From sequence record SRR20825006_1852: a DNA stretch of 59,852 bases, one strand, 5' to 3'. The notes under the pieces were generated by a model. It saw only the letters and a list, made by a program, of their open reading frames with translations. It was not told where the DNA came from and did no database searches. The position numbers were made by a program, and so were the translations under genes. Below are positions 48,393-58,385 of the stretch, piece after piece (position 1 is the first letter of the stretch; each line of letters opens with the position of its first letter).

Positions 48393-49862
48393 AAAGTATC
48401 GATTGAGGAATGCTTGTCGTTCTTCTGCGGGAGTAGCTGCAAACTGCACCATCGCATACAGACGTTTTTGATCCCGTTGTCTTTTTTCCGCCAGCCATTC
48501 GTTGTCGCGGAACTTTTCCGGTAAGTCACCGATCAGCTGGAAGCATTCCGGTTCCCTTGGGCCTGCGACAACACCATGTCGGTCGAGCATCGCAATGGCT
48601 GTGTCGACTCGGTGGTCGTGAGGACTGACCCGTTGCAATTCTTTGCGAAGCCAGTCCAAGCCGTAGGCTGCACATCGATCCGCATGATGTTCCAAAGCGA
48701 ACATTAAACGGTCGTAGAAATCTGCATCGGGATTGGCCCACTCGATGAACTGCATCTGTGTCATCAAGTCGTCTTGATCGTAAAGCCAAAGGCAGCGACT
48801 CGGTTTGTCGTCCCGACCCGCTCGACCAATCTCTTGGTAATAGGATTCGATCGATCCAGGTGTTTCAGCATGGATCACCAACCGAATGTTTTCTTTGTCA
48901 ACTCCCATTCCGAATGCGGGAGTGGCCAAGACGAGGTCTCGTTCGCCGGACATGAATTGGTTTTGTATCCGACGGCGATCTTTTCGTGATTGGTCACCGT
49001 GGTAACAGACATGATCGATGGATTGCGACAGCAACAGGTCGCTGAAACGTATCAGCGTTTTGATCAGCGAGAAGTAGATGATTGCTCCACCAACAGGACT
49101 ATCGTCGGTTGGGAGAAATGGTGGGGCCGAGAGTGCCTCGAGGATCATCTCGAACTTCTCGCTCTCACCCATCACCGATTGGACGTCGATTCGCAAGTTG
49201 GGGCGATCGATTCCTTCATGGAACAGCCGCATTTCGCCTTTACCAAGACCAATTTGATCCACGATGTCAGCTCGGCATTCCGCCGTCGCTGTTGCGGTCA
49301 GGGCGATTGTTGTCGGAGAGCCCAGTTGTTTCCGGATGTCGGCGATCCTGCTGTAATCGGGGCGAAAGTCGTGGCCCCATTGGCTGACACAGTGTGCTTC
49401 GTCAATCGCGAGCAGCTGAATGTTTCGTCCCGAAATAGCGTCTAGGAACTCAGGTTTGCGAAATCGTTCAGGCGTCACATACAGCAGGCGATATTGATTC
49501 TCACGTAAATTCTTCTGCCGTTTCTCGCGTTCACTTCGATCCAACGAAGAATTAATGAGAGTCGCGTCGATGCCTTTCGCCACCAATCCATCGACTTGGT
49601 CCTGCATCAAAGCGATCAACGGCGAAAGCACCAGTGTCAGATCCGTGTCGGTCCCCAGTAGCGCAGGAATTTGGAAACACATCGACTTGCCACGCCCCGT
49701 GGGCATGATCACCATGGCGTGCTCGCCAGCGAGAACATGTTGAATGACGGCGGCCTGGCTGGGGCGAAATGAGTGATGGCCGAATACGTCTTGCAGGATT
49801 TTCTGGGCTTGCTCCAGCGAACGCTTGCCCGACTCCAAATTCGCGTTGGCTGATTCACCCAT
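48369..49862 (-). CDS. recQ: RecQ-family ATP-dependent DNA helicase (compact)
   Basis: MPTGRGKS, SPLIALMQDQV, DEAHCVSQWGHDFRPDY, ALTATA, AFGMGVDK and YYQEIGRAGRD motifs; start placed at ATG 49862. Confidence 0.9.
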   Translation of the reverse strand: MGESANANLESGKRSLEQAQKILQDVFGHHSFRPSQAAVIQHVLAGEHAMVIMPTGRGKSMCFQIPALLGTDTDLTLVLSPLIALMQDQVDGLVAKGIDATLINSSLDRSEREKRQKNLRENQYRLLYVTPERFRKPEFLDAISGRNIQLLAIDEAHCVSQWGHDFRPDYSRIADIRKQLGSPTTIALTATATAECRADIVDQIGLGKGEMRLFHEGIDRPNLRIDVQSVMGESEKFEMILEALSAPPFLPTDDSPVGGAIIYFSLIKTLIRFSDLLLSQSIDHVCYHGDQSRKDRRRIQNQFMSGERDLVLATPAFGMGVDKENIRLVIHAETPGSIESYYQEIGRAGRDDKPSRCLWLYDQDDLMTQMQFIEWANPDADFYDRLMFALEHHADRCAAYGLDWLRKELQRVSPHDHRVDTAIAMLDRHGVVAGPREPECFQLIGDLPEKFRDNEWLAEKRQRDQKRLYAMVQFAATPAEERQAFLNRYFLDSTIVE

Positions 49863-49899
49863 CGGTGGCGAAACTTTCTTTATTAGGGATTCGAGAAAC

Positions 49900-50595
49900 A
49901 TGAGCGAAGTCGACGTCATCTACGAAGACAATCATCTGCTCGTGGTAAACAAACCGACCAAGTTAGCGACGATGGGTGCTGCTGGGCAGCCGACTTTGCA
50001 TTCGCTCGGATGCGACTACATCCGTCGAACCTGCAACAAGCCCAACAAGGTGTATTTGGGCATTGTGAGTCGACTGGATTCGATGACATCGGGTGTCATC
50101 GTCATGGCACGCACCAGCAAAGCGGCCAGTAGGCTCACGCCTCAGTTTGCCAATCATTCGGGCGATGGAGCGAAGAAGACATACCTTGCGGTAGTCTCAG
50201 GCCGAGTCGAGCAGCAACAGGGCACGTTGGTCGATGATGTGTACAAGGACGATGCAGCCCACCGTATGCGGGTGGCTCATCATTCCAGATCAGATGCCAA
50301 AGAAGCACGTCTGGAGTACGAAGTTTCAGGCTACGACCGCGAATTGACGCTTCTGAAGGTCAAACCGCTTACCGGCCGCAAGCATCAAATCCGCTTGCAG
50401 TGGGCCGAGGCAGGATTTCCCATCTTAGGCGATACCAAATACGGGAGCGAACGATCTTGGCCGACTGGTATCGCGCTTCATAGCTGGCGGCTCTCTATCA
50501 TGCATCCCACAAAGAAAGAACGCATGACGTTTGAGGCACCTATTCCAGATGCTTGGGCGAGCCGGTTGGGGACGAACTTGCTTGCGAAGCCATGA
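49900..50595 (+). CDS. RluA-family RNA pseudouridine synthase
   Basis: IYEDNHLLVVNKP, SRLDSMTSG (catalytic Asp), KTYLAVV, TGRKHQIR and PILGDTKYG motifs; start at ATG 49900. Confidence 0.92.
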   Translation: MSEVDVIYEDNHLLVVNKPTKLATMGAAGQPTLHSLGCDYIRRTCNKPNKVYLGIVSRLDSMTSGVIVMARTSKAASRLTPQFANHSGDGAKKTYLAVVSGRVEQQQGTLVDDVYKDDAAHRMRVAHHSRSDAKEARLEYEVSGYDRELTLLKVKPLTGRKHQIRLQWAEAGFPILGDTKYGSERSWPTGIALHSWRLSIMHPTKKERMTFEAPIPDAWASRLGTNLLAKP

Positions 50596-50616
50596 GGCCA
50601 GTCGCAAACTGCTTGA

Positions 50617-50666
50617 TCAACGAAAAAACGTCGCCCCTGAATAGAGGCGACGTTTCGTTTCGTTGA
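50617..50666. terminator. Probable bidirectional intrinsic terminator
   Basis: AAACGTCGCC (50626-50635) / GGCGACGTTT (50646-50655) stem with flanking A- and T-rich tails, between convergent genes. Confidence 0.75.
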
Positions 50667-50685
50667 CTCGATGGTTGATCGAGGA

Positions 50686-52038
50686 TTAGTTTCGCAGTAG
50701 TTCTTGGATACCGTAGGTGAAGAATGTACCGAGGCTGAAGTTCAGCACCTCTTCTTCACATTTGTATTGAAGAATCAGTGTATCTCCAGGCTGAACCAGT
50801 GGTCGACTTCTAGGGTCGTTGACGGCCCGGGCAAGGTCAACCTCGATCGCAACTTGTCCGTTGCACGGTGTCTGACGAAGCACATAAAGCATTCCCGGTG
50901 GGACTCCGCCAACCGAACGTGCACCTCCAAATCCTCCTCCGCCGCCAGTTGTTTGTCCGATGCCACCACCGGCGATCGCCATTGCACCGAGTACGTCGAG
51001 GTCATAGTCACGAGGGAGTGGGAATTCGCCACCGGGCAACAAGCCACCGGTGTAGAAGACTTCTGTCTCGCGGTTTTCGATGTACACGATGTCGCCGTCT
51101 TGCAGTTCCACATCCTCCGGTGTGATGTTTGGAATCACTCCAGGTGGCAGTCGCAATGGAATGCGAAGGATCGATGGGTCTGGTGGCAGCTCAGGTGGGC
51201 AGACACATGGGTCGAGCATGGCGTTGCGTTGAGAGGCGTAGAAGTCTCGTACAAACTGCGCTCGTTTGCGTTTGTCAGCTTCACTGGCTCGCAAAACACG
51301 AACTTCGTTCTTTGCGTTCAAACCAGGCAAACCACCAGTTTCAACCAGGGCGTGCAGAATGTCGTTCTTGTACGCAGGAAGTTTGACCAAGCCGCCGCTG
51401 GCAGATCGGTCACGGCCGCGAATGAACTCGCTGGACTGAGCTTGAAGCGATCGTTGGTTGTTCTCGCCCAGGCCATCTTCCCGAACCACGATCACATCGT
51501 AGGTTCGTTCTTTGATAAGCGTGACAATCGGACGAGCTTTTTCTTCTCGCAGAATGTCGTTGTCGATGTACGCCTCACGAATCTTTTCGCGGACTTGATC
51601 GAGCGTCAGCCCTTCAACCTCGAGAGGCTCAATCAGTGGCAACGAAAGAGTTCCATCATCCTGAACGGCAATCGGGTATCCGATCGACGGCGGCAGGGTG
51701 CTGTCCTGTTCCGGGAAATTGACCGGAGGTGGTTCAGGCGGGGTGTTCGGTGGATTGAAAGGCAAAACGCCTTCAATGTAAACACCAAGGATGTCATCCG
51801 GTCCGAGCTGATAATCGCGTGGTGGCTCAAGCGACAGCAACGCGATATCAACCGGAACCAAGTTGTTCTTGGGGGCCGGAAAGAATTCGGGCGGCAATCG
51901 GTGGGCAGGGACACCGTCGATTGGCTGGGTCAGTGACGAGCAGCCGGTCAGCGACGCGACCAGCGAGGCGGCCACGCCAAGTCCAACCGTGGTGCGAATG
52001 TGTTTCCACACTCGAGTTTGAAAGAGGTTGATGTTCAT
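50686..52038 (-). CDS. Polysaccharide biosynthesis/export (Wza-like) lipoprotein
   Basis: Lipobox LTGC; YQLGPDDILGV, VQDDGTLSLPLI..VEGLTL (Poly_export-like) and SLBB-like segments (ALVETGG, LQDGDIVYI, VQPGDTL); start placed at ATG 52038. Confidence 0.82.
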   Translation of the reverse strand: MNINLFQTRVWKHIRTTVGLGVAASLVASLTGCSSLTQPIDGVPAHRLPPEFFPAPKNNLVPVDIALLSLEPPRDYQLGPDDILGVYIEGVLPFNPPNTPPEPPPVNFPEQDSTLPPSIGYPIAVQDDGTLSLPLIEPLEVEGLTLDQVREKIREAYIDNDILREEKARPIVTLIKERTYDVIVVREDGLGENNQRSLQAQSSEFIRGRDRSASGGLVKLPAYKNDILHALVETGGLPGLNAKNEVRVLRASEADKRKRAQFVRDFYASQRNAMLDPCVCPPELPPDPSILRIPLRLPPGVIPNITPEDVELQDGDIVYIENRETEVFYTGGLLPGGEFPLPRDYDLDVLGAMAIAGGGIGQTTGGGGGFGGARSVGGVPPGMLYVLRQTPCNGQVAIEVDLARAVNDPRSRPLVQPGDTLILQYKCEEEVLNFSLGTFFTYGIQELLRN

Positions 52039-52111
52039 CCTTGAACTCTCTGAAAGTGCAATCGGGTGCAAAGCCGCCCGGACTGGTCTGTGGTTGAGGA
52101 ACGGTCAGAAA

Positions 52112-53221
52112 TCAATCGAACAAGAACTGCATCGATTGATTATTTGCAGGCGATTCGACTGCTTCACTTGGTTGGGCCTGACGATCTGGCCGTCCGAAAA
52201 TCTCTTCGATTACCGAATCGATTTCGTCTTGAGTCGGTTCAGCCACGTTGGTGCTGACCGGAGTTTGCTGCGGCCGCGGAACGAGGTCTGATGCATTTGT
52301 GTCTTGAGGTGACGAAACGCTATCGACATCCGGGAACAGCTGCTGGATGTTGGTCGAACCACCAAACTGATTACCACTTGTTTGTGGAATATCGCTCAAC
52401 ATGGCTCCCGCACCGCCCGCAACGATGTTTTCGTGATTTTGCGACGGAGCAACTTGTGAAAACGGATCGTCGGTGACATCTGATTTCGGTGTGACCGACT
52501 TGATCGCTGGCGGTGTAGGTGGTGCGTGTTGTTTCACGCGATCCAAATCCACGTTGGTGCCAGTCAATTCATTTGCTTCTTCAAATGTGACTCGGCCAGG
52601 CACCAAAGTTTCGCCTTCGCCCAACTGGATGCCAGGCGGCAAAACGTTGGCGGTCGGAATGGGTGGCACAGGAGCGACGGGCGTCGGAGCCATCGATCCT
52701 GTCATCGCTGTAGATGCTGGCCGCATAGGGGTTTGGATGCGAATTTGATTGTAGTAACCAATTCCGTCCTGTTCGGCGGCCTTGACCCCGAGTGGGAAGC
52801 CTTCGAACCAAGCGTTAACGGCACTTTGCCCATCGCCGGATTGATGTTTCCACCCCCAATAGTCGGGAGAGACAACCGCTGGGGTGCACCCAGATCCGCC
52901 GGTCGCGACTTCCATGTAGCCATCGATGAACCCCTTTCGGAGGTCTTTCGAATGGCGATGTTTTTTGTGGCAGTGAGCATTTCGCAACCAGGCTTTTTCT
53001 GCCATGACTTTGTTGCGATGCGAGACCATGAAGTCGTCGATGCACTCACTTCGAGTCAGCTTGGATTGCAGGCCACCCATGATGGTGCAGCCGGTCATCC
53101 CCGTTGTCAAAATACCCGCCGCAAGACTCGCCAAGAAGGCTCGTTGAGCTCGTTGGCGAATGATGTTTCGCCTCGATAGCTTCGGGCGGACGGACGCGTC
53201 ATGTCGATTAAGCTGGGTCAT
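52112..53221 (-). CDS. Hypothetical lipoprotein with Pro/Ser/Thr-rich C-terminal tail
   Basis: Basic N-region, hydrophobic stretch and MTGC lipobox; core GFIDGY..VATGG.GC.P...YW...AWFEGF..G; probably cotranscribed with the Wza-like gene. Confidence 0.7.
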   Translation of the reverse strand: MTQLNRHDASVRPKLSRRNIIRQRAQRAFLASLAAGILTTGMTGCTIMGGLQSKLTRSECIDDFMVSHRNKVMAEKAWLRNAHCHKKHRHSKDLRKGFIDGYMEVATGGSGCTPAVVSPDYWGWKHQSGDGQSAVNAWFEGFPLGVKAAEQDGIGYYNQIRIQTPMRPASTAMTGSMAPTPVAPVPPIPTANVLPPGIQLGEGETLVPGRVTFEEANELTGTNVDLDRVKQHAPPTPPAIKSVTPKSDVTDDPFSQVAPSQNHENIVAGGAGAMLSDIPQTSGNQFGGSTNIQQLFPDVDSVSSPQDTNASDLVPRPQQTPVSTNVAEPTQDEIDSVIEEIFGRPDRQAQPSEAVESPANNQSMQFLFD

Positions 53222-53793
53222 AATGCCGGCTCCCCTAGCGGCGGATCTATCTGGATCACACGACTCGTGCGTGCAACATTTCCAGCTACCATCTTGACCT
53301 TCGAATTGGCTGCGACGGCGTTTGGAATCGGGGTCGCACCGTTTGCAGCGATTCTGCTAGCAGGCGAAGTCCCCGCACTCTTTATCGCCCCTTCTGCGGT
53401 GCCGGTTTAGCCAAATGTGCATGAAATGGGGGTGCTAGCAGTCCGTCTGGTTAGTGAGACTGTTCCGGGGGGCACCAGAACCACAGGTGTCCGCCCGTAC
53501 GTTTCCCCGTGTTTTCAGTATTTGGGAGGGGCGATAGACCCTTCTTGGGACGCCTGATTCGGGGAGATTTAAGGTTTGGAACGATTGACCAATACGATTT
53601 CCGTCGAGTTCCGTTAACTTTTCCTACGTGCGGGGGATGGTTTTCGGGCGGACGCGTAAGATGATGCATCACGGGGGCGTTGTACTAGAATAAAGAGCTA
53701 TTCTTGTCACACAGGGTTTACCGGCTGCCATCAGCTGACATCGTTCCTGTGATGACGTTCTTTGCCTTCACCGTGTCAAACTGCCCTTTCTGA

Positions 53794-55392
53794 TTGAATC
53801 AACTCGCAATGACACCATTCATCCTCGTTACTCTTGCTGCTGCTTTCATCGCGATGCTGGTACTGGTGCCGGTGGTGCGTGCATTCGCAATTCGAGTTGG
53901 GTTGGTTGATAACCCCGATGCCGAACGAAAACTTCATGACCGACCAATCGCTTTGGCGGGTGGGTTAGCCGTTTTTATCGCGACCGGAATCGCGTTTTTG
54001 GTTGGCATCGCTTACGAAAGTGGTTGGGCGGAATTCGGCAAGATGACAGAGCTGTCATCTCGTTGGTTTGTATTGTTAGGGGCCTCGTCGGCAATCTTGA
54101 TCGTCGGTTTGATTGACGACAAATGGGCACTCCGCGGCCGACAAAAACTACTCGCTCAATGCGTCATCGCGATGATCGTCGTGGGAAGTGGGACGGTCAT
54201 GCGATCAGTCTCTCTCTTTGGCTTCGAGATTCCTTTGGGCATTTTTGCCATTCCCGTCAGCGTGTTGTGGTTGCTGCTTGCGATCAACGCTCTCAATTTG
54301 CTAGACGGTGCTGACGGCATGGCGACCACGGTCGGCGCGTTCGTGTGCGGCGGACTGGCCTTGCTAAGTGCATCGAGTGGACACTCTGCGTCTACCGTCA
54401 TCGCTGCAACCGCTCTGTGTGGTGCCTTGCTCGGCTTCTTGGTCTTCAATCGCCCGCCGGCAACCATCTTCTTGGGAGACGCGGGAAGCATGATGATCGG
54501 GCTGATGGTTGGCGTCTTGGCGATGTGGTGCTCGTTAAAAGAGTCCGCTGTCGTCGTCGCGGCACCCGTCGCGATTTTAGTTCTGCCGTTGTTCGACTCT
54601 ACTGCAGCAATCATCCGTCGATGGATGACCGGTCGCAGTATGTATGCAACGGACCGAGGGCATTTGCATCACCTCTTGAACGAAAAGTTCGGTCCCAACG
54701 GAATGTTATTGGTGGTTGCTGGCCTTTGCACGCTTAGTTCCACCATCGCGGTGCTTTCCGTTCGGTTCAATCAGGACTGGTTGATTCTTCTGGGGGCAGT
54801 AGCCGTTCTTGGCTTTTTGGTTCTGACGCGAACGTTCGGTCATTCGGAGTGCCGTCTTCTTCTCGGACGCTTGTACCACTTTGCCCATTCGTTTGCGGTA
54901 CGGCCGAAAGATTGCGAAACATCGAAGCATTTACGCAGTGTCCAAATCCAAGGCGATGGTTGCTGGGAACCAGTTTGGGAACCATTGGTTGAATTTGCGA
55001 AACGCCATGATCTTGCCAAAGTGCAAATCGACGCGAATATGGCGTGGTTGCACGAAGGCTATCATGCGACTTGGCAGAGTGTCCGATTGCCGGAAAAATC
55101 GGTGCAAAGCGTTGTCCGAATCCCGCTTTTTGCAACACGACCTGGGGAAGATGAATCGGTACCAATTGGCAAGGTGGAAGTCATCGCCAATTCGTCTCAC
55201 GAATCATTGGCTCAACTCAGCTATTTCCTCGAGCATGCGGAAGAGTTGCAGGCCCAGGTCAGTTACTTGGTTGACAACCTCGGAAAGAAAAACGCCGCGT
55301 CTCGCAAAAAGGCGACGACGGTGGAAACTGCTGCAAAGAGCAACGAGCTCGTTGTCGGAAGCGAAGAAGTCGAAGCGGTTCACACCAGCTAG
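53794..55392 (+). CDS. wecA: MraY/WecA-family polyprenyl-phosphate HexNAc-1-phosphate transferase with C-terminal extension
   Basis: GLVDNP..RKLH, GGLAV, GLIDD, NALNLLDGADG, FNRPPATIFLGDAGS, PLFDS and DRGHLHH motifs; start at 53794 (TTG) or 53809 (ATG). Confidence 0.88.
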   Translation: MNQLAMTPFILVTLAAAFIAMLVLVPVVRAFAIRVGLVDNPDAERKLHDRPIALAGGLAVFIATGIAFLVGIAYESGWAEFGKMTELSSRWFVLLGASSAILIVGLIDDKWALRGRQKLLAQCVIAMIVVGSGTVMRSVSLFGFEIPLGIFAIPVSVLWLLLAINALNLLDGADGMATTVGAFVCGGLALLSASSGHSASTVIAATALCGALLGFLVFNRPPATIFLGDAGSMMIGLMVGVLAMWCSLKESAVVVAAPVAILVLPLFDSTAAIIRRWMTGRSMYATDRGHLHHLLNEKFGPNGMLLVVAGLCTLSSTIAVLSVRFNQDWLILLGAVAVLGFLVLTRTFGHSECRLLLGRLYHFAHSFAVRPKDCETSKHLRSVQIQGDGCWEPVWEPLVEFAKRHDLAKVQIDANMAWLHEGYHATWQSVRLPEKSVQSVVRIPLFATRPGEDESVPIGKVEVIANSSHESLAQLSYFLEHAEELQAQVSYLVDNLGKKNAASRKKATTVETAAKSNELVVGSEEVEAVHTS

Positions 55393-57494
55393 CTCTGGGG
55401 TGAGTCTTGCTCAGTCCGGCTTTGGGTCGACCAAGCGACAATCGCGATGCCGATCATGACCATGAGTGCGGCAGCAACAAGCCAACTGGCAGGCAGGTGC
55501 TTCGAACCGTCTGCGTCGCTGAGCCCGAGGAAATCGAGCTTGTCATGATAACGTGCGGCTAATTCCAGCATTCCATTGTGGAAGAAGTGCAGGACCACTC
55601 CCGGCCACACGCTACCGGTTCGGTAGGCGACCCAACCCAGCAGCAACCCGAGCAACATTGTTGGTAGAAAGCGTTCGACCAACAAGGTGCTGCCGACAAA
55701 GACATGGAAAAGGCCGAAGAGCAATGCGGTAGTGCAGATTGTCTGCCACGGGCGAAGGACAGCCGAGAATGCTGAGAACAAATAACCTCGAAAGCAGAGC
55801 TCTTCGATGAGAGCCGGGGTCGCCGCCATCGTCAGCAGAAGCAGCCATGGAGGCACGGTTTTCCATTTGTCTAGCAAGGACCGTGTACGTTCGATTTGGT
55901 CGTCCGACAGCAGGGCAATTCCGAACTGGTCGGCCAATGCCAAGGCTTCGTGAGCAAACGCCCAAGCTCCGCCCGCGAGGACGATGGCACCGAAAATGGA
56001 CGCAAACGGTGGCAATGAGAATCGGTAAGTCGACTGGATACGATGTCTTCCGATGACGGTTGCGCAAAGCGGAATCAATCCGAAAACGAGGATTAGGCTC
56101 AGAGCGTTTAGCAACAGCTGTGAGCTGACCGAGACTGAATTGGAAACGATTCTCAGCCATTGCATCAAGCCGTTCGAGATCAGGAATGAAGCCGGCAACA
56201 GTAGAGCGACAACCAACCCCGCTTGGCTCATGCTGGGATGTCGAGTAACGGTGTCGGGGCGTTGGAGAAGCGAGCCGAATGACTTTTGGCTGGTTCGTTC
56301 GACCGCGTCACTACCGAACAGTCTTGCGGCAACGCCCAACGTCGCCGCCGCATAGAAAAGGGTGCTAGTGACTGCGACAACCGCACCCGCGGTGGTGGCG
56401 GTTCCAGACAATATGTCGCGAGCTAATAAGACAATGTTCAGTAGCGGCGCGACAGCCAGTGGACCCTCCAGTGTCACGCCTGGCATCAAAGAAAGCATCG
56501 CCGGGCCAAGCGAAAGCAACATCACGGGAATGAGATAGGCCTGCGCTTCTTTGAACGACTTTGCAAAGCTGGTTAGCGAAAGCAACAGCGCTGAGAAGAA
56601 ACAGCTGAATAACAGTAGGAGACCGAGGATCTGCATGATCTGCAGCATCCCAACGGTTGAATCACCAGCGAGCATGCTGACCAGTCCCGTCACTTTCATG
56701 GTCACAAACATGGCAAGCAAGTTTGCCATCGCGGTGAGGAAAGCGACAAAAACAACAGCCAGATACTTAGCAAGCAACACCCACCAACGCGGTACGGGAG
56801 AAGCCATTAGCGCCTCCATTGTGCCCCGCTCTCTCTCACCAGCCGTCAGGTCAATCGCTGGATAAACAGCGCCGGTGATGGTCATCAAAACCAGTACCAA
56901 TGGAATCACGGTGCCAAGAATAGATCCCGATGCTTTCTCTCCGATCGATCGAATTCTCAAATCGATAGGTTGGTAATTAGGATCGATTTGCTGAGCGATT
57001 CGCAGACTTTCAGACAACTGAAGCCACTGCAAGCGTTCGGTTAGAATTCGTTGAGCTGTACTGCTGCCCTGATCATTGTTGTAGGAAACAATCTCCATCC
57101 ATCGAATTGAGTTTGGGCCATCTTGAAACTGCACCGCTATGTCCAGCAAGTTCTGCGACAACGCTTCTTCCGGTGAAATCTCTTCTGGCACAACCACTTC
57201 AAACCGAGCCAACTGCCCGCCGTTGACTTTCAAGATCGGCTCAGGAGGTGCACTGCGAGGATCTTCGATCAGAGTCTGCAAGAAGTCACGCTCATCAGGC
57301 GATGAGACGCCGACCATGAACGCTTGCTCTGCCGGCATACCGGAAGAAAGCAAGAAACGATTCAACGCCATGCTGAGCAATGGATAAACCAACAATGGCA
57401 TCATGACCAAAGTCAGCATCGTCCGTCGGTCGCGCAAGGTTTCTCGAAGTTCTTTTTGAGTGAGCCGGCCGAGCCGGGACCAGGAAAGTTTCAC
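55389..57494 (-). CDS. NatB-like ABC permease fused to a CPBP (CAAX protease/Abi) intramembrane metalloprotease
   Basis: KELRETLRDRRT, AIDLTAGERERGTMEALM and AKSFKEAQ permease motifs; C-terminal EELCFRG, FGLFH and HFFHN CPBP motifs. Confidence 0.88.
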   Translation of the reverse strand: MKLSWSRLGRLTQKELRETLRDRRTMLTLVMMPLLVYPLLSMALNRFLLSSGMPAEQAFMVGVSSPDERDFLQTLIEDPRSAPPEPILKVNGGQLARFEVVVPEEISPEEALSQNLLDIAVQFQDGPNSIRWMEIVSYNNDQGSSTAQRILTERLQWLQLSESLRIAQQIDPNYQPIDLRIRSIGEKASGSILGTVIPLVLVLMTITGAVYPAIDLTAGERERGTMEALMASPVPRWWVLLAKYLAVVFVAFLTAMANLLAMFVTMKVTGLVSMLAGDSTVGMLQIMQILGLLLLFSCFFSALLLSLTSFAKSFKEAQAYLIPVMLLSLGPAMLSLMPGVTLEGPLAVAPLLNIVLLARDILSGTATTAGAVVAVTSTLFYAAATLGVAARLFGSDAVERTSQKSFGSLLQRPDTVTRHPSMSQAGLVVALLLPASFLISNGLMQWLRIVSNSVSVSSQLLLNALSLILVFGLIPLCATVIGRHRIQSTYRFSLPPFASIFGAIVLAGGAWAFAHEALALADQFGIALLSDDQIERTRSLLDKWKTVPPWLLLLTMAATPALIEELCFRGYLFSAFSAVLRPWQTICTTALLFGLFHVFVGSTLLVERFLPTMLLGLLLGWVAYRTGSVWPGVVLHFFHNGMLELAARYHDKLDFLGLSDADGSKHLPASWLVAAALMVMIGIAIVAWSTQSRTEQDSPQS

Positions 57495-58249
57495 GCGTGG
57501 TCCTCGGTCAACGCCGGGTCAGTGGAATTCATCAGATCGACAAACATCTCAACAAGATGTTCTCGTCCGGTTTCTTCTCGAAGGTCATTCAATGTGCCTC
57601 GATAACGAATGCGGCCGCGATGAAGTAGCCCAAATTGGTCGCACAGACGTTCGGCTTCATCCAGTCGGTGGGTACAGACCACAACTGCCTTCCCAGCAGC
57701 ACGCAAATGTTCGATGTACTCGAAGATCGTCTGCACACCAACGACGTCGAGTCCACGTGTTGGTTCATCCAGAAGCATCACGGGAGGATCGTGGATCAAG
57801 CCACGCACCAAGGTCACTCGTTGCCGTTGGCCCGTGCTCAGCGAACCGGCGCGACGATCGAGGAGTGCCTCAATCTGCATCACGCTAGCAAGCTCTTTCA
57901 GTCTCGCGGTCGCTTGTTGGGGTGCAACGCCGTACAAATCCGCAAAGTACAGCAGCATCTCACGAACCGACAGCCACGGGTAGACTCCGTCACTGGCAGA
58001 GACAAATCCGAGTTTCGCTTTCGCCGCGAATGGGTCCTTGGACGTGCGGATGCCAGCAACTTCTGCAAAGCCATCGTCCGGTTCCAGTAGTCCGAGCACC
58101 ATACGCAAGGTAGTGGTTTTACCAGCCCCGTTTGGACCAAGTAGTCCGAAAACCTCTCCTGGTGCTACCCGCATCGAAAGCCCATCGACAGCGTGGACTG
58201 TCCCGCTCTCGATCGAGAATCGTTTGGTGAGCGAATCGATCAGAAGCAT
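57491..58249 (-). CDS. ABC transporter ATP-binding protein (NatA-like)
   Basis: Walker A GPNGAGKTT, signature LSTGQRQR, Walker B LLDEPT and H-loop CTH; 4-bp overlap with the permease gene. Confidence 0.93.
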   Translation of the reverse strand: MLLIDSLTKRFSIESGTVHAVDGLSMRVAPGEVFGLLGPNGAGKTTTLRMVLGLLEPDDGFAEVAGIRTSKDPFAAKAKLGFVSASDGVYPWLSVREMLLYFADLYGVAPQQATARLKELASVMQIEALLDRRAGSLSTGQRQRVTLVRGLIHDPPVMLLDEPTRGLDVVGVQTIFEYIEHLRAAGKAVVVCTHRLDEAERLCDQFGLLHRGRIRYRGTLNDLREETGREHLVEMFVDLMNSTDPALTEDHA

Positions 58250-58385
58250 GTTGAAGGCAGTGTGATTCGAAGAGCAATGCGATGCGAAGAAACGGGCAAC
58301 GGAACAACTATGCCATTGCGATGGACTGCTACGTCTACGTCGCCGGTATCACCTCGGGTCTGCCCTCACCAAGGAAAAGCGAAGT

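Noticed and set aside
50704-51936. 410-aa ORF antisense to the Wza-like gene
   Set aside because: It is a codon-aligned antisense shadow with no motifs or independent expression signals.
53181-53654. 12-bp direct repeat TTCGGGCGGACG near 53181 and 53643, also considered as an ops/JUMPstart-like element
   Set aside because: There are only two copies, one inside a CDS, and it does not match the ops consensus GGCGGTAG; compatible with chance.
58301-58315. Sigma-54-like sequence TGGCATAGTTGTTCC on the - strand upstream of the ABC ATPase
   Set aside because: The conserved -12 GC is CC, so the evidence is too weak.
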